DNA of 61,886 nucleotides, counting the filler, from Perkinsus olseni (Eukaryota), in assembly GCA_013115125.1 (NCBI GenBank). It is 2 parts of 2 records of this genome, joined end to end, with 100 filler letters (N's around TTAATTAATTAA, not from the genome) between each part and the next. Parts side by side here need not be neighbours in the genome. Positions count along the whole stretch, not along the records: positions 1 to 31,084 come from JABANN010000417.1; 1 more part is not named here. One strand, written 5' to 3'. A model generated the notes under the pieces. The model saw only the letters and a program-made list of their open reading frames with translations. It had not been told where the DNA came from and searched no databases. A program made the position numbers and the translations under genes. Of the stretch, positions 1 through 12,295 are shown in pieces (within the stretch, counting starts at the first letter, position 1; each line of letters opens with the position of its first letter).

Positions 1-605
1 CACGATATCCAGCACTTCTGTCCGACCATACTCGAATATTCCCGTACTACTTCATCCAATAATCTCTGACCCCACTCCCCCTGGACAATGTTGATGGCGG
101 CAATGGTCGGGCAGCTCCCAGAACTGGCCTTGCGGTCAGTTGGGCGGTAGAAGTGAAAGGGACAAACATTGTCCAAGGGGCCCGGGGTGACAGTTCAGAC
201 GAAGTTCAGTTGCAGTCTACTGTCACCACCAGTGGGCGAAATTGGGGTGCAGAAAATTCCACAAATGCTGCTGGGAGCTAGTGGCTCCCAGGTGAAGTCT
301 AGGTAGGGTTGGTCGACCGAGAATCGAACCTGAGTGGGAAGGCACAAGGTTCCACGACCAGATACCGGCCAGGGATGAGTCGGATCAAGCTGGAGCAGGC
401 CGGCATTCGAGTGCGCCATCGGAAGTTGTCGGGGCTTGGGATCGATCCAGGGTGGGACGTACGATGCTAGACCGAAAGAGAGCGGGGAGGATGGATTATG
501 GGACCCTGCGTACCAACAGAGATACAGAGATTAACAAGTATGAAAGATGTAGACGCATGGGATTGAACCTGCAATTGAGCCTATAAATAGACTACAAGGA
601 ATAAA

Positions 606-678
606 TGGAGAACCCGGGCATCGATCCCGGTGCCTCTCGCTTGCTAAGCGAGCGCTCTACCATTTGAGCTAGTCCCCC
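606..678 (-). tRNA. tRNA-Ala(AGC)
   Basis: Reverse complement GGGGGACTAGCTCAAATGGTAGAGCGCTCGCTTAGCAAGCGAGAGGCACCGGGATCGATGCCCGGGTTCTCCA (73 nt) folds as a cloverleaf. Anticodon arm CTCGC-TT-AGC-AA-GCGAG, with the G3:U70 Ala identity pair. Confidence 0.96.
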
Positions 679-1059
679 TCACACATGTGCTGAGAAGTTG
701 CGAAGTAGCCGAGAAGTAGCCTATCCCAATGTATGTGGCTGCTGCGCATTTCGCCTCACAGCAGTCATGAACTTTCACCAGACATCATCTGCACGGACGA
801 TTCGCGTTCCGATCGGCCTGCACCGGTTTTTCACTCCGTCACAGTGCAATCACAGACTGTCACAGTCCATCACGAAAAGACGCCTGCAAAACGAGTTCGG
901 TTTCGTCACTCACACTCCCTCACGGCCTGCATAACGATTTCGTTTTCGCCTCTCAGACACTTTCACACGCTGCAACCAAATTTCGCCCATCACAGCGCAT
1001 CACACCACCCGGACTCACTAGCACTCACATCCTATCAGTCATCGAACGAGGGTCTTTCT

Positions 1060-1195
1060 CAGACGAAGTTCGGAAGAAGTGGTACGAAGTTCGTACTACG
1101 AACCATGGGATCGAACCATATACGAACCGGGATCTTGGGATCGAACCATATACGTTCGGGTTCGGGTCCAGGGACTACACCATATACGTTCTTCA
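1060..1195. repeat. short imperfect repeats (GGATCGAACCATATACG / ACGAAGTTCG), possibly a subterminal remnant of a DNA transposon
   Basis: GGGATCGAACCATATACG occurs twice, ACCATATACG three times, ACGAAGTTCG twice. Confidence 0.45.
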
Positions 1196-1699
1196 AGCAA
1201 TCCAAGGTACCAACGAGTCTTGAAATAGCATCTGATCGCCCTGCCCGGCGCTCACCACCTTTTCCTCCCTCTCCTCGGCTCGGCTCCGGTGATGCCTTCC
1301 TCTTCATCCTTCTTGCGCAGCTTCTCCGGACTGAGATCAAATAATGAGAGATAAGCTTATGCGATATCTCATGTTTGTTTCGACGGAGTGGTCAGGTTGC
1401 CCCCACCTGTTCTGCAACAACACGGGCATTCCGCCATTTCCCTAAAGGGGTTTACCGCCTCTTTGCACCTCGTGCTGGTGCTGTTGCGTTCTCCAAGCTC
1501 CTCAGTGCACCCTCACTGGGATCTATCGATACATACATACCTTCTGTAAGTACAATGGATCAAGAACTACTCGCAGAGGGCTCACCCAATCAATATGATA
1601 TCCCGGTGCTTCTTCTCTAACGTGCCTTGCCTCTCTAGGGCATTCGATCTCATCCGGGATCTATCGAGAAAGTAGGTGTACCTCTAGCCTCCTCTCCCA

Positions 1700-4611
1700 G
1701 TGGGGCTACAGACACCATTCCCAAAAATTGAGTTCGCACCATCCTTTCAGCGACGAGAACATCGAAGTCCTTGTGGCATCGCGGGCTCCCCGACACCTCT
1801 GAGAAGGCGGAAGTGACAGGATGATAGGAGTGACGAGAGATGGTAGCAACAACAGGAGTAGCCTAACGTGAATAGCCCTTCCCCCCAGGTCTCTCGTACT
1901 GAGAAGTAAGCGGCATCGGCATCCCCTGTTCCCTGCGGATCCATAGTAAAAGGGTAGAGGATCGTAATGTAACAGCAGTCCATCACCTGCATTTCTTCTC
2001 CATAATATGCCTGCATGCATCTCTTATGGCTGAGCCGATAGATAGAGTCAACCACTGGTACACTGACAGTGACTTGGCTGGAACCTTTTGTCCGCAATCT
2101 CGATCGTAGCCGATCCCTTCAGAGTCGTATGACGCCTGAATGTTCCACAGTAACGCCAAGAGGGCTAACAATCCAGGAGCATGATGCCGTTGCCGGCGGT
2201 CCACCGTAGCCGACCTCTCGGGGGGCAGTCTCTCATCCGTCCTAAGGGTGGGTAAACGCCGGGTTTACAGGTCCTCTGGAAAGAAATATACCGCATCAAT
2301 CGAGTTGCCTGCAAACAGCTGTGCGGCAGGCGAATAGAGTAGACACCTCACTCTTGCCACCCCCATTCGGGCGAATGGATTCCGCCGGAGCGGAAGGCAC
2401 CCTCCCCGCCTCGGAGAATGTGTCGTCACTAGTTGATAATCTGTGTGTGACGGTGGGCTATTGTGTTACGGCCAGTGGTGCGCTGAGATCGTGGAGGAGG
2501 TATATGATGCCCAACGCTAGGGAATAAATATCCATCTTCAGGCGAATATGACTACTTGAAGTAGCTCATTCCGGTCTCAGTGGCGTAACATCTCTAAAAA
2601 TCGTTTACCTGTATCGACCCTCAGATACCCTAAAATCAAAAAGCTCGGACGGACCATGCGGATGCCTCGGGACACCTCCCCTTCCAGACGGCGTATTTAG
2701 GCTCATCTGCCTGGTTTACTGCCTTACAGCCCCCAGCTGGCATATCCGTCGCGAGCTGAGGATCTCTCATGCTTAATGGAACGAACTCGTCATGAGAAGA
2801 AACTCAGTCGGGACTACCCCGAACTAATAGCAGAGTCATCGGTGTAACGCAGCTCCCCCAAGTTGTTCTCAGTAGTAGTAGCAATACTCCAACGGCAAGA
2901 GGGGGCGACTGTGGGTCTACATGCTCAATCACAATAGTAGCTCACAACTCCCACCGGAGCCAGTCGATACACGAGTCCCATCACAGAAAATGATTCACAT
3001 GGTTGAGCCTGCAACTTGGTTGATGTTGACCAGTCTGCCTCGTGCACGGGCATTGTACACTGCCCGCACTCCCAGTGGGGATATCGCCAACTTTACCAGG
3101 AGATAGCCACCTTGTTATACTTCGTGCGAGCGCCGTTCCTGATACAGTAAGAGTGCTGTAGACGGAGGCCGTGGAGTCCCCAATAAATGGCACCATTGAA
3201 GCGTGTGCCACCTGAGATAAAGGCTCGAATATGGTGCTCGTTGAGTCGATCAAGGGGCCACAGGGGCCCGATGAGCAGGAGCCTGTTACCAGGAGGGTCA
3301 ACAGCGAGACGCTGACAGGCAGCCGGACCATTTTTATACAATACTCCCCCTTATCACTTGTCTATCCAAGTAGCCACCATGCATCCAAGGATGCTCGCTG
3401 ATCAAGTGCGGAGGCATCATCGGCAGAGGAGCGACCCTGAGTTGTAACAGCAGCACAAGCTCTCTCTCAGGTAGAACTTCATGCGAGAGAGAGTCACTTG
3501 TCTGTCCAAGAGAGAGGATAGTTGAGATAGGGATAGCTGGGGTATTTAGCAATGGTTGCAGGCGGCATCGGTGTTACGACCGGTGGTACAGTGGATACAG
3601 GAGACCCAAACACGTATCTGACTTCAACCACCGAGTGCAGCACAGCCTCTACAAGCAAATCGAGTGCTAAGACTGACTTCTCCAAATTAGCCTGTGCCTG
3701 CATTGCTTCAGAGCTAGCGAGGTTGGTATTCTGTGCCATGGCCACCGCGTTGGCTGCTGCCTGCTTAGCCGCAGCTGCCGCCGCCTTAGCTGCTGCCAAT
3801 GCCTTCAGCCCGGATGCTCCCGCAATTGTTAGCTCTACTGCCATAGCGACAGGGACGGGTTGCGAAAGCGAAGCGTACACCTCTGCCTCCGGCGACAACG
3901 GAAAAATCAGGTCAACGAAAGGTTCTGCCTATGTCGCAACTTTAAAGTCTCCAAGGTTCGGAGTCCAAACATGCTTGAAGCATGAAACAGACACGTACCA
4001 AGTTACAACTGATGAGGAGAGAGGCGTGCATCACATGGCATCCACGCTTGGACAATCGGTTGATTCAACTACAAGAGGAGCAACTCGTTGGGTAGGGAGC
4101 TGTACGGTTCATCGGGGCGAGGGTGCCGGCCTAGCTCGAGCACGCAGCTCCGAACAGGCTCGCCCGCCTGCACACGGGAGCTCACCTTCATCGCATGGTG
4201 TAGTCGTTGAGCGTGATTCACTCACGGCCTGAAACTCGTAGTCTGTGTACAACCCGGCTCCAGCTAATCGATTATTCCGAGGTTCACCGTCGTTGGGTCA
4301 GCCGGGCGGGTCGATCTCTGGTAGTCTGATATGGGGATGGGGTAGACGATAATGGTGCTTCTTCTGAGACGACCCCACAAGAAATGTTATACTACATTGA
4401 AACTTGAGGCGCAACAAGGGAGGATCTGCATTTCACAACAAACACATCATTAACAGGATCATCGTAGTCATGGAGGGGGATCATCGTTGGGCATGAGAAT
4501 CACAGAGTATCTTAGGGAGTAAGAATGTTGTAGTGTTCATAGAATAGTGAAAATATGAATCGGTAAGTGGGAGTAGAAGTATTATCCGAGAGTAGTTGTT
4601 CTACTCCCGTC
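1700..4611 (-). mobile_element. putative decayed LTR-retroelement remnant (LTR-like segment 4386-4611 plus broken gag-like ORF fragments)
   Basis: Intronless minus-strand ORF pieces (3494-3898, 3334-3552, 2981-3331, 1747-2097) broken by stops and frameshifts. Upstream is a TG...CA-bounded segment of about 226 nt. No RT or integrase motif is recognisable. Confidence 0.3.
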
Positions 4612-5503
4612 AGAGGCGGTGTATCTCATAATGATACGGCGAGGTTTCCGGCATCGGCCAGTGCGCGGCTAGAGTAGCGTTAATGGCTTCCTCGGCAGAA
4701 GCATAGTAGGACTCGCATAGATCGAATATATTGCCCGATTGCGCCTCGAGAGCAGTGCGCACGGCGGAGCAAAGTCCTGTAGCCCGTCGCAGAACGTTTC
4801 TCCTGGCCTGACCCTGTGCAGTCCTTCTCCGAACGATGCGGTTAAATTTTCCAAACTGAACATCGCGGGAGGCGAAGGTCAGCGCACGGGATCGATTATG
4901 AATCATTCATGGTCGCTCCATCCAGGTTACGGAGTGGATCCATGCCAGTATCCTCAGGAGGGCCAGTTCCAACGAAAGTGTAGGAGACTGTGGCATCGTG
5001 ACGACGAATCTTATAATTCTTCACGGCAATATACTCCACATCAGCACGCCAGACGTATCTATAAAGTAAGAATCACGTTCATTGTAACGTCGACACTTAC
5101 TCTAGTGTGATAGGCGTACGGATGCTGGGTACGTAGCATTTGGCTTTCTGTGTGATCACCCTGTAATCTGTCACTTGAACGTGTAGTGACCCCGTGATAT
5201 TCGAATTAATTCTGTCGCCGAAAAAACAGTCAGTCACATCCGTAAGACCATCATATCTAGTGCTATTAGTCCGTCGAGGAAAGCCCTGAAAGAGAAATGT
5301 GCCCGAGTGATGACCGATAGGAAGCGACGCCCGCGGAGTCTGGTCGATTCTACTATCGCGATTACAGACAGCCCCCCCGACGAGCTTACATTATTCGGGA
5401 TGTGAGGGCCGACTGCGCCGATCGCGTTGCCAGGAGGTAGACTTGAAAACAATGCAACAACGGAGATAGCTGCGGCTCCGAGGGTAAACTGTGTAGACGA
5501 CAT
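4610..5503 (-). CDS. lineage-specific secreted protein family, copy A (3 exons; apparent frameshift, possibly a pseudogene)
   Basis: Signal-peptide exon MSSTQFTLGAAAISVVALFSSLPPGNAIGA. Exon 3 GPPEDTGMDPLR ... GNIFDLCESYY matches the other four copies. The reading frame shifts near 4900. Confidence 0.65.
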
Positions 5504-6389
5504 TTGGGTGAAAGGGTTTGGCACTGCATGTAAGAATGGCGGGCAATATCTCCCATGACCTCGAATCGGTGACGGTCGACGTTCCGAGGTACTTCCTTTA
5601 GACGCTTCCTCCACCTTAGTCATGCTGCTCCACATTACCCGAAAGGAAAAGGAGCTAGTAGCTCCTTGGGCGGAATTCTTTCCACCCGTACCCGTCTCTG
5701 CTCCCCTGTCCTCCGCCTTGGACAGTGTCTAGTAGACTCTCCAACACACATGCCCCATTCCACAGATTCTTGAGGACATAACCCCTCCTCACCTGCATGA
5801 GCTCCCCAGGATTCCGGTACATCTATGCTATCATACTCATTATCTTGATCTTCTTAGAAGCTTCTCGGGCTGGAACTCGCTACACGCACAGCCAACTCAT
5901 CAGCCCGAGCTCGCTATGCTTCGGAGACGACGTACGGTTCGCCTGGCCTATCGTCGTCGCCTCTACGAGCCGCCAATCTGCCGTCCTATATGTACTCTCT
6001 CCCGATGAATTCATCTGAGAGCCGCATTCCGGATCGTTCTGCCGAGCAGTGACAGCCTGTCACTGACAGTAGGAGCACTGTGTAGGAGCCGCTGTTCGGC
6101 TAGTTTGCTGAGTACGGCAAGTCGATGCTATACGGAATCGTGCTCGTCTGGAGGACCCAAACACCACCTTGATAAATATTAACGGTAAGAACTCATCACG
6201 ATAGGACTCATCCGATCACAACAACAGAGGACAACAACAGAAGAAGGGAAGTTCCAGCCGTCCAATGCACTTTTGAGAGAGGTACAATAGCAACAAGCAT
6301 GACCATCCACAAACATCACATGGCGGAGGGCGTTGCATGAATACAGTACGTTCATATTAAGCTGATTGACCAAGACTTCCTCACACCTG

Positions 6390-7329
6390 TTATTGCTGAG
6401 GATGTGTCTCGAAGGAGAGGCTGTTGATGAACCAGAAGGTTGTACGACCAAAAGAGTCGGTTACCTGCTCCGAGATCGCGTAATAATCGACACATAAATC
6501 CTTGAAGGATCCAAACTGATTCTTGATAGCCGAGAGCAGAAGCCCGCAGACATCTCTACAGGTGGCAATCATCTCAGCTTCAGGCTGTGACAAATACGCT
6601 AAGTCCTCTTCATAAAGTGTGTCGTCATCCCCTGAGTACGTCATGTTCTTCGCAGCGAGGTAAACCCTAGCCTGCTTGTCGCGGAGCGTTGATATATCCA
6701 GCTTCGCTATTGGATCCCACCCAGCCTTCTGAGGAAGGTAATGGCCCGGCAATTCATACACGGCTGGCCTTAGAGCACCATCAGGCCTATACGCTAGAGC
6801 AGTGGCATACTCTGAGTACCTGCGATAGAGGGGCAGCTAGTAACGAGAGAATGGCATAATCCATCATGTATGCCTTACTCTGTCATGGGCTCGTGCAGTA
6901 CATCAGGCCTCGGACAGGTGATGTGGTTTGTTTGAACAGAGTTGTCAAACACATACATGTCCAAATCTGCACTGGTGTCTGCTACGTGCCCAAGACCGCG
7001 GCCATAACGGCACTGAGTAGCGTTCATGAGGATATCGAAGCGTGTGGGTTGCTGGGGAGGGTAATCCTAAGACCAGGTCGAATGAGTTGATAAGAGCGAG
7101 TATCATGCAACAACACTCTTGTCAAGGTGAGGTTAGTGCATGTGAATGGACTCCATTCAATGGAGTGTCTCAATCCCACTGCGACATTTGAGAGATTGAG
7201 CATGCCTACGTCGGAGGCCGTGGGGGCGACTGCGCCGATTGCATCGCTGATGGGTATGCTCGAAAGGAATACAGCAGCGACAGCAAAAGCAGCCGCTGCG
7301 GCTTCGATCATGAAGCGCTGAGTCGACAT
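6390..7329 (-). CDS. lineage-specific secreted protein family, copy B (3 exons)
   Basis: MSTQRFMIEAAAAAFAVAAVFLSSIPISDAIGA followed by a GT donor. Last exon AGWDPIAKL ... KNQFGSFKDLCVDYY is homologous to copies A and C-E. Confidence 0.7.
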
Positions 7330-9138
7330 GTGCATACTCGAAATTCTCCCTGCGTAAAAGCACCGCTGAGATCATTGGAGTCAGGGATGAGCGGTAGCGC
7401 CGGCCGCTAATGCTGTCACTTGAAAGCTGAGGCTATAACGAGTTCTGTCCGGTGAGACAGAATCTCCCCGGACTTCTTTTCACGAATTCTGAGTAATTCA
7501 CGTGTGGTAAGAGAAATCAGTGCAGAGCGGGAAATAATTACCGCTCGAAGGAAGGAGTCGTCGCTCGCCTCACCGGGCGATTCCAACGGCTGGGAGTTGA
7601 GGTACAGACTCGAAGTGACGCCCATCTCCACAATAGGGCGAAGATGGTCGCTAGGAAGCATTCACAAGTTGTGAATCACGAAGTCCCGTGCTCCTTCCTC
7701 GAAGGAGACGTTGCATTAGTCGAATATAAGAAAGCGTCTGCAGATCGCATGCCCCGTTAATGGGAATAGAAGGGGATGAGTAATGGATGCATCCGGGCTG
7801 CCATGCTACGAGAGATGTTTCAATAACGCTGTGACAAGAAATGAGGACTATGGTCCACAGACAACAATGAGTTGTATGAGTCTGCTGGAGTTGTGTTGAT
7901 CGTCTGCCTGGTTTTCGCAACGTAACGAAGACTGACGCCCACTCGATGCACGACAGAAAGGAGCCACGCTCTAAGCGCAGCCTTCCTGACCACCTTCATT
8001 CAACTTCTACGAACGCAACAGATTTTGGAGATAGATTATCCCAAGCAGTATTCGAAAATACGGTCCCTCGCCCCCTGACGTTGCCGCGTGCTCCGCACTC
8101 TGTTCCTATCCCTCGCCAGCTAGGTAAGACACTGCAGTCGTCCCATCATAGGTACCCATCGGCGTATCTCCATCTTTGTAAAAGCCTGCTTGATCGGCAC
8201 TGAGTCATCGGCATACCGAGCCGTTGCCTAAGTGTGATCAATACTCCACAATGAGCCAAACAAGCGAGAAAAATGAGCCTTCATTACTCTCTTTTGGGAC
8301 TACAGTAGCTCTCAGGAAATATTGAGCCGTCACAACAGTGGGTGGTCACATCCAGCCCTATATTACCGGCATTTATTCTCTATAGTGCAGAGCCAAATGA
8401 GCATCTCCTTATTGGACGCTACCCGTGGTCGCGACCTCTGTATCTCATCCTCAATCATACCACCAACGATCGGATGCTCACACCGATCGATAAAACCATC
8501 GAAGAAGTCCGTATACACCTTCTGTTGAGATGAAGATAGCCTGTCCGGTGCGTAGGCTGCCGCGGTATACAACTGACGACGAGGAGCCGGGTCAAGCTGT
8601 ATGGAGTGCAGTGTGATGATGAACTACTACCATCATCCACTGAGCATTGCAGATATCCGTTGTATCATTCGTATCCTCGCAGAAGTGTATCTCTCCTCCC
8701 TCCTTCCCAGGTCGTCCTAGAGTATCGACCCCAAGCTTTGCCTCGGTACCTGCTACAACAACTACCCAGCTGAACATCCTCAGCTCAACATTGCGATCTA
8801 CTTACCTCCGTCTACCCGAAATGGTGACGCCTTCTCCTGATGAGGTGTTGCATCTACTGGTGGAGACGATGCAGCAGAGGACGGATCCTGTGAGCCTGGA
8901 CGGCTGGAGAACGATCCCATGTTGTTAAGGGAGGATACTTACACAAGATACCCGCCCTAATCAATACGCTTCGATCTGTGTAACAACCTCACCACCCCAG
9001 CCGAATATTAACCACTGAACATCATATTCACGATCAGTTTGGGCGTCAATATAACAATGAACACTAACACACTGGTGAAACTATGTCTACCTGATGGCTC
9101 TACGAGCGGCCCCTGATTATCACCATCATAACCATTTC

Positions 9139-11241
9139 TCAATGATGCTTCTCCTCACCATGTATGGATGTGCAGGTATTTAGTAGGCGCAACATAGCAT
9201 CCAAGGGAACATGACCAGCGGCAGAGGAGGAAGACTCCGATCGACCACTCGGTACCAGCTCATATATCTTATCCATCGTTTGGGTCACACTCCCCGCTTC
9301 CAAGAAATGCCTCAAACGCTGGCCCGCTAGAGGGTCCTTATCGGCGAACCCTCCGCGTGACCATACATCAGCAGCTACCGCTTTGCAGAGCAGATAGCAG
9401 TAGTAATTACCACCATAGTGCACCAGATGAGAGAACTGTGCTTGTCCGGGAGGACTTAACAACTCTATCAAACGGTGATTGCTCATTATGGCGTCTTGAG
9501 ACACAGGCAAGAACTGTGCAAGATCATCAGCGACATTACCATACGCATAGAAGACCTGGTCGACTAAGGCATAGATGAGCTGCTGGGCTGCCTCAATATG
9601 CCCAAAGGCCATACGAAAGTTACTGTAATCCTCGACAGCCTTGGACGATAGGTTGGGTAGCACTAGAGAGCTCAGTGCGTTAGGATCTAGTACAAAATAC
9701 TCAAACAAATGGCTAGGGAACTCCACAAAATCAATGCAGCCTCTCGAACCGCTGAAATGCTGTAATGTAGTACGGGATAGTATCGAATGGGCCGCATGAC
9801 CAAATTCATGCATATAGGTGGTGGCTGCCCCTTGGCCCAAAGCTCCAGGAAGCTCAGATAGGGATAATACCATGGCCGTACGAGGGAGCTGCCTACTACC
9901 ATCGGGTAATACACAGCTGCCGGCAATAGTAAACTGGGCCGACTGAACCTTCTTCCACGCCCTCTCACACGGGTCCAAATACAATACACCATAAGGGTCT
10001 GATGTAGTGGCATCATTAAACTCGAACCTTCTAACATCATCACTCCAAGCCTCTCCTTTAATGTTATGCTCTTTCATGTCCACACCCAATACAGTTGAAG
10101 ATACTCTCTGAGATCCCTCGATCAGGGCATTTATGGAGAGGTTTGCACCCAGCTCCTGAAGCGACGGTGGCTGATTCATCTGCTTCCAAAGGGATACATA
10201 GAAGTCGATATCCCATGGCTGCAAGGTAGCATTTGGGTCACTCGTATGAAGCCTCTTGGTGGACTCGAGTACATTGAGCTCACGACCAAGACCAGGCAAT
10301 AGAGCCAACCATAATTCCGATAAGAAATCCTTCACAGCTGCACTACCCGAGAGCACCGACTCCCTCATAACATATTCATTCCATGTGTTGTATCCTCTGA
10401 TCTTAGCTAGCTTCTGCCTGATACTCACTAGATCCCTCAGAGCAGCTTCCTTCTTAGGTTCACCTCTATGGTTTAACTTCCATACCTTCTGCCGGACCGT
10501 AGGATCTTCACAAGCCTTTAATAAGTACCCGATAGCAGCGTGGTCCTTGGGTAAGAAGACCTCTGTAACGTCTTTATGGACAGTCCTCTTCGGTAGCAGT
10601 CTGAGTATACTCATCCACTGTTGAGGTACATTCAACCATTGTCCATCATCTGATGGATCGTCATTATCCTGCTGACTAACGATCTCAAAGCTCTTAATAG
10701 CATCCTCCTCTTGTAGTGCTATCAATTCTTTTTTCCTATCATCATCAAGATGGACCCCTTCATTCTCCATAGCATCCCTCATAGCCTTTATCACATCTTG
10801 CTCCTCCTTGCTGCAGCCGCTATCCTCAGCACTTGCTCTCTCGGCAGCAGGGACGCACTTATCGTATAGTGTACTATCAACATTGGCTTCACTCATATAC
10901 TGAGCTACAATATTCACAGCCTCACTGGCTTCATTAACCCAGTGATCATCGGAATGGACGTTACGTGTTAGCTCAGCAGCATCAGCAATTCTACATAATG
11001 AATTAGACACACCATCTATCATATTCACTACCTTGTGAGGGGAATCATCCTTCTTCCATGCCCCTAGAGTATCTCTCGCATCAGCAACGGCCCTCGTTGC
11101 TAGCTGTGGGAAGTCTTTAGGCCTCCTCAGGCCCGGCACTCCTAGGTAGTCTACTGCAGTAGAGAGGGTGGCTTTGGGCCATGCAAGCCTCCGCCAGAGA
11201 GACGCCGCAGCTGACTTGGGTATGTCCCGAAGTAACATCAT
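9139..11241 (-). CDS. MIPEP: mitochondrial intermediate peptidase (peptidase family M3), intronless
   Basis: About 700-aa ORF with the HEFGH zinc motif, DFVEFPSHLFEYF, QFSHLVHYGGNYYCYL and an Arg-rich presequence-like N terminus (MMLLRDIPKSAAASLWRRL). Confidence 0.9.
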   Translation of the reverse strand: MMLLRDIPKSAAASLWRRLAWPKATLSTAVDYLGVPGLRRPKDFPQLATRAVADARDTLGAWKKDDSPHKVVNMIDGVSNSLCRIADAAELTRNVHSDDHWVNEASEAVNIVAQYMSEANVDSTLYDKCVPAAERASAEDSGCSKEEQDVIKAMRDAMENEGVHLDDDRKKELIALQEEDAIKSFEIVSQQDNDDPSDDGQWLNVPQQWMSILRLLPKRTVHKDVTEVFLPKDHAAIGYLLKACEDPTVRQKVWKLNHRGEPKKEAALRDLVSIRQKLAKIRGYNTWNEYVMRESVLSGSAAVKDFLSELWLALLPGLGRELNVLESTKRLHTSDPNATLQPWDIDFYVSLWKQMNQPPSLQELGANLSINALIEGSQRVSSTVLGVDMKEHNIKGEAWSDDVRRFEFNDATTSDPYGVLYLDPCERAWKKVQSAQFTIAGSCVLPDGSRQLPRTAMVLSLSELPGALGQGAATTYMHEFGHAAHSILSRTTLQHFSGSRGCIDFVEFPSHLFEYFVLDPNALSSLVLPNLSSKAVEDYSNFRMAFGHIEAAQQLIYALVDQVFYAYGNVADDLAQFLPVSQDAIMSNHRLIELLSPPGQAQFSHLVHYGGNYYCYLLCKAVAADVWSRGGFADKDPLAGQRLRHFLEAGSVTQTMDKIYELVPSGRSESSSSAAGHVPLDAMLRLLNTCTSIHGEEKHH

Positions 11242-12295
11242 GGTATTAATGAACGTCGAGTTGAAGAAAGAAAAACTAAAGTATCGCAGCGCAACTATAC
11301 TCGGCAACCCATACTCGAGACACCATACTCAATGATGCCTTCACGATGACGATCATGGCAAAGTCTAGCCCTCAAATTATCCAACTTAGAGCGTATTGTG
11401 ATAGAGGGAGTGAATGCTTCAAGCCATGCTTCAAGCCCCCTTCACACCTGGGCCTCACGATACTCTTGTCGAAGATGATCCCGCAGGGTTTGTCTGGGCC
11501 GCAGTAAACTCGAGCCACAATCGAATGAGGGAAGCAGTACAAAAACAACAGACTGGGCGGGGAACATCCAGTGTTACTCATCATCTGGGACTGAGCGGTC
11601 GATTATGGATCGGCTGCAAATCATACACACACGCAGCGTGACACGGATTGTCCGAAAAAGCTAGTATAATACAGGACAACTAATGACCGACTTTTGCCAC
11701 CGATAGCCATCAGATTAATAGAGGCGATGAGAGGCATACAAGTAAATCGACCAGTTACCCATTCTCACGCCCCATGCCAATGACAGCAGCGACAGAGCGA
11801 AAAAGTCAGAAGGGTTGCTAGGCATCATCGCCTGGCAACGGATTGGTCGCTAGCGGTCCTCTATGAGGTAGGTGGACTGACTCGGAGACTAATACAACAA
11901 CAATAACCCTACTACGGTAAAAACACTGCTACCACTATTCCTACTGCTGCTTATACAAACGTATGGGTGGTTGGGGTGATGTCCAACCATCCTTATGGGC
12001 GTCACAGGTAACGACAACAACAACATGAAGACTTCTGATTTCCACACTACAATTGAGAAAGTAGTCATGTTGTTGCTTGCCGTAGAGTAGTCGGCGACTT
12101 ATACACGCATTTCTCAGCTGTCCGCGCAAAAATGAGAGAACAGCAGCAGCCTGCTGGTTCTCAAGTTGGGTAGTAGCCGGAGTTCAGCAACAGCAACAGT
12201 ACTACAAGACTGATAACTGAACCTCATGACTACTAGTACAAACATAATACAAAAATCGGCATCATCACCTTCGCTATGCTGTCATAGGACCAGTA

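Noticed and set aside
550-575. B-box-like GGTTCAATCCC on the minus strand
   Set aside because: No cloverleaf or acceptor strand can be built.
733-1344. 203-aa ORF
   Set aside because: Runs through low-complexity TCAC-rich and short-repeat DNA and has no protein-like features.
3552-4232. 226-aa plus-strand ORF
   Set aside because: Antisense shadow of the Ala-rich minus-strand frame, with no motif.
5130-5150. CGTAGCATTTGGCT resembling a relic spliced-leader sequence
   Set aside because: Partial match only, and it lies antisense within a coding exon.
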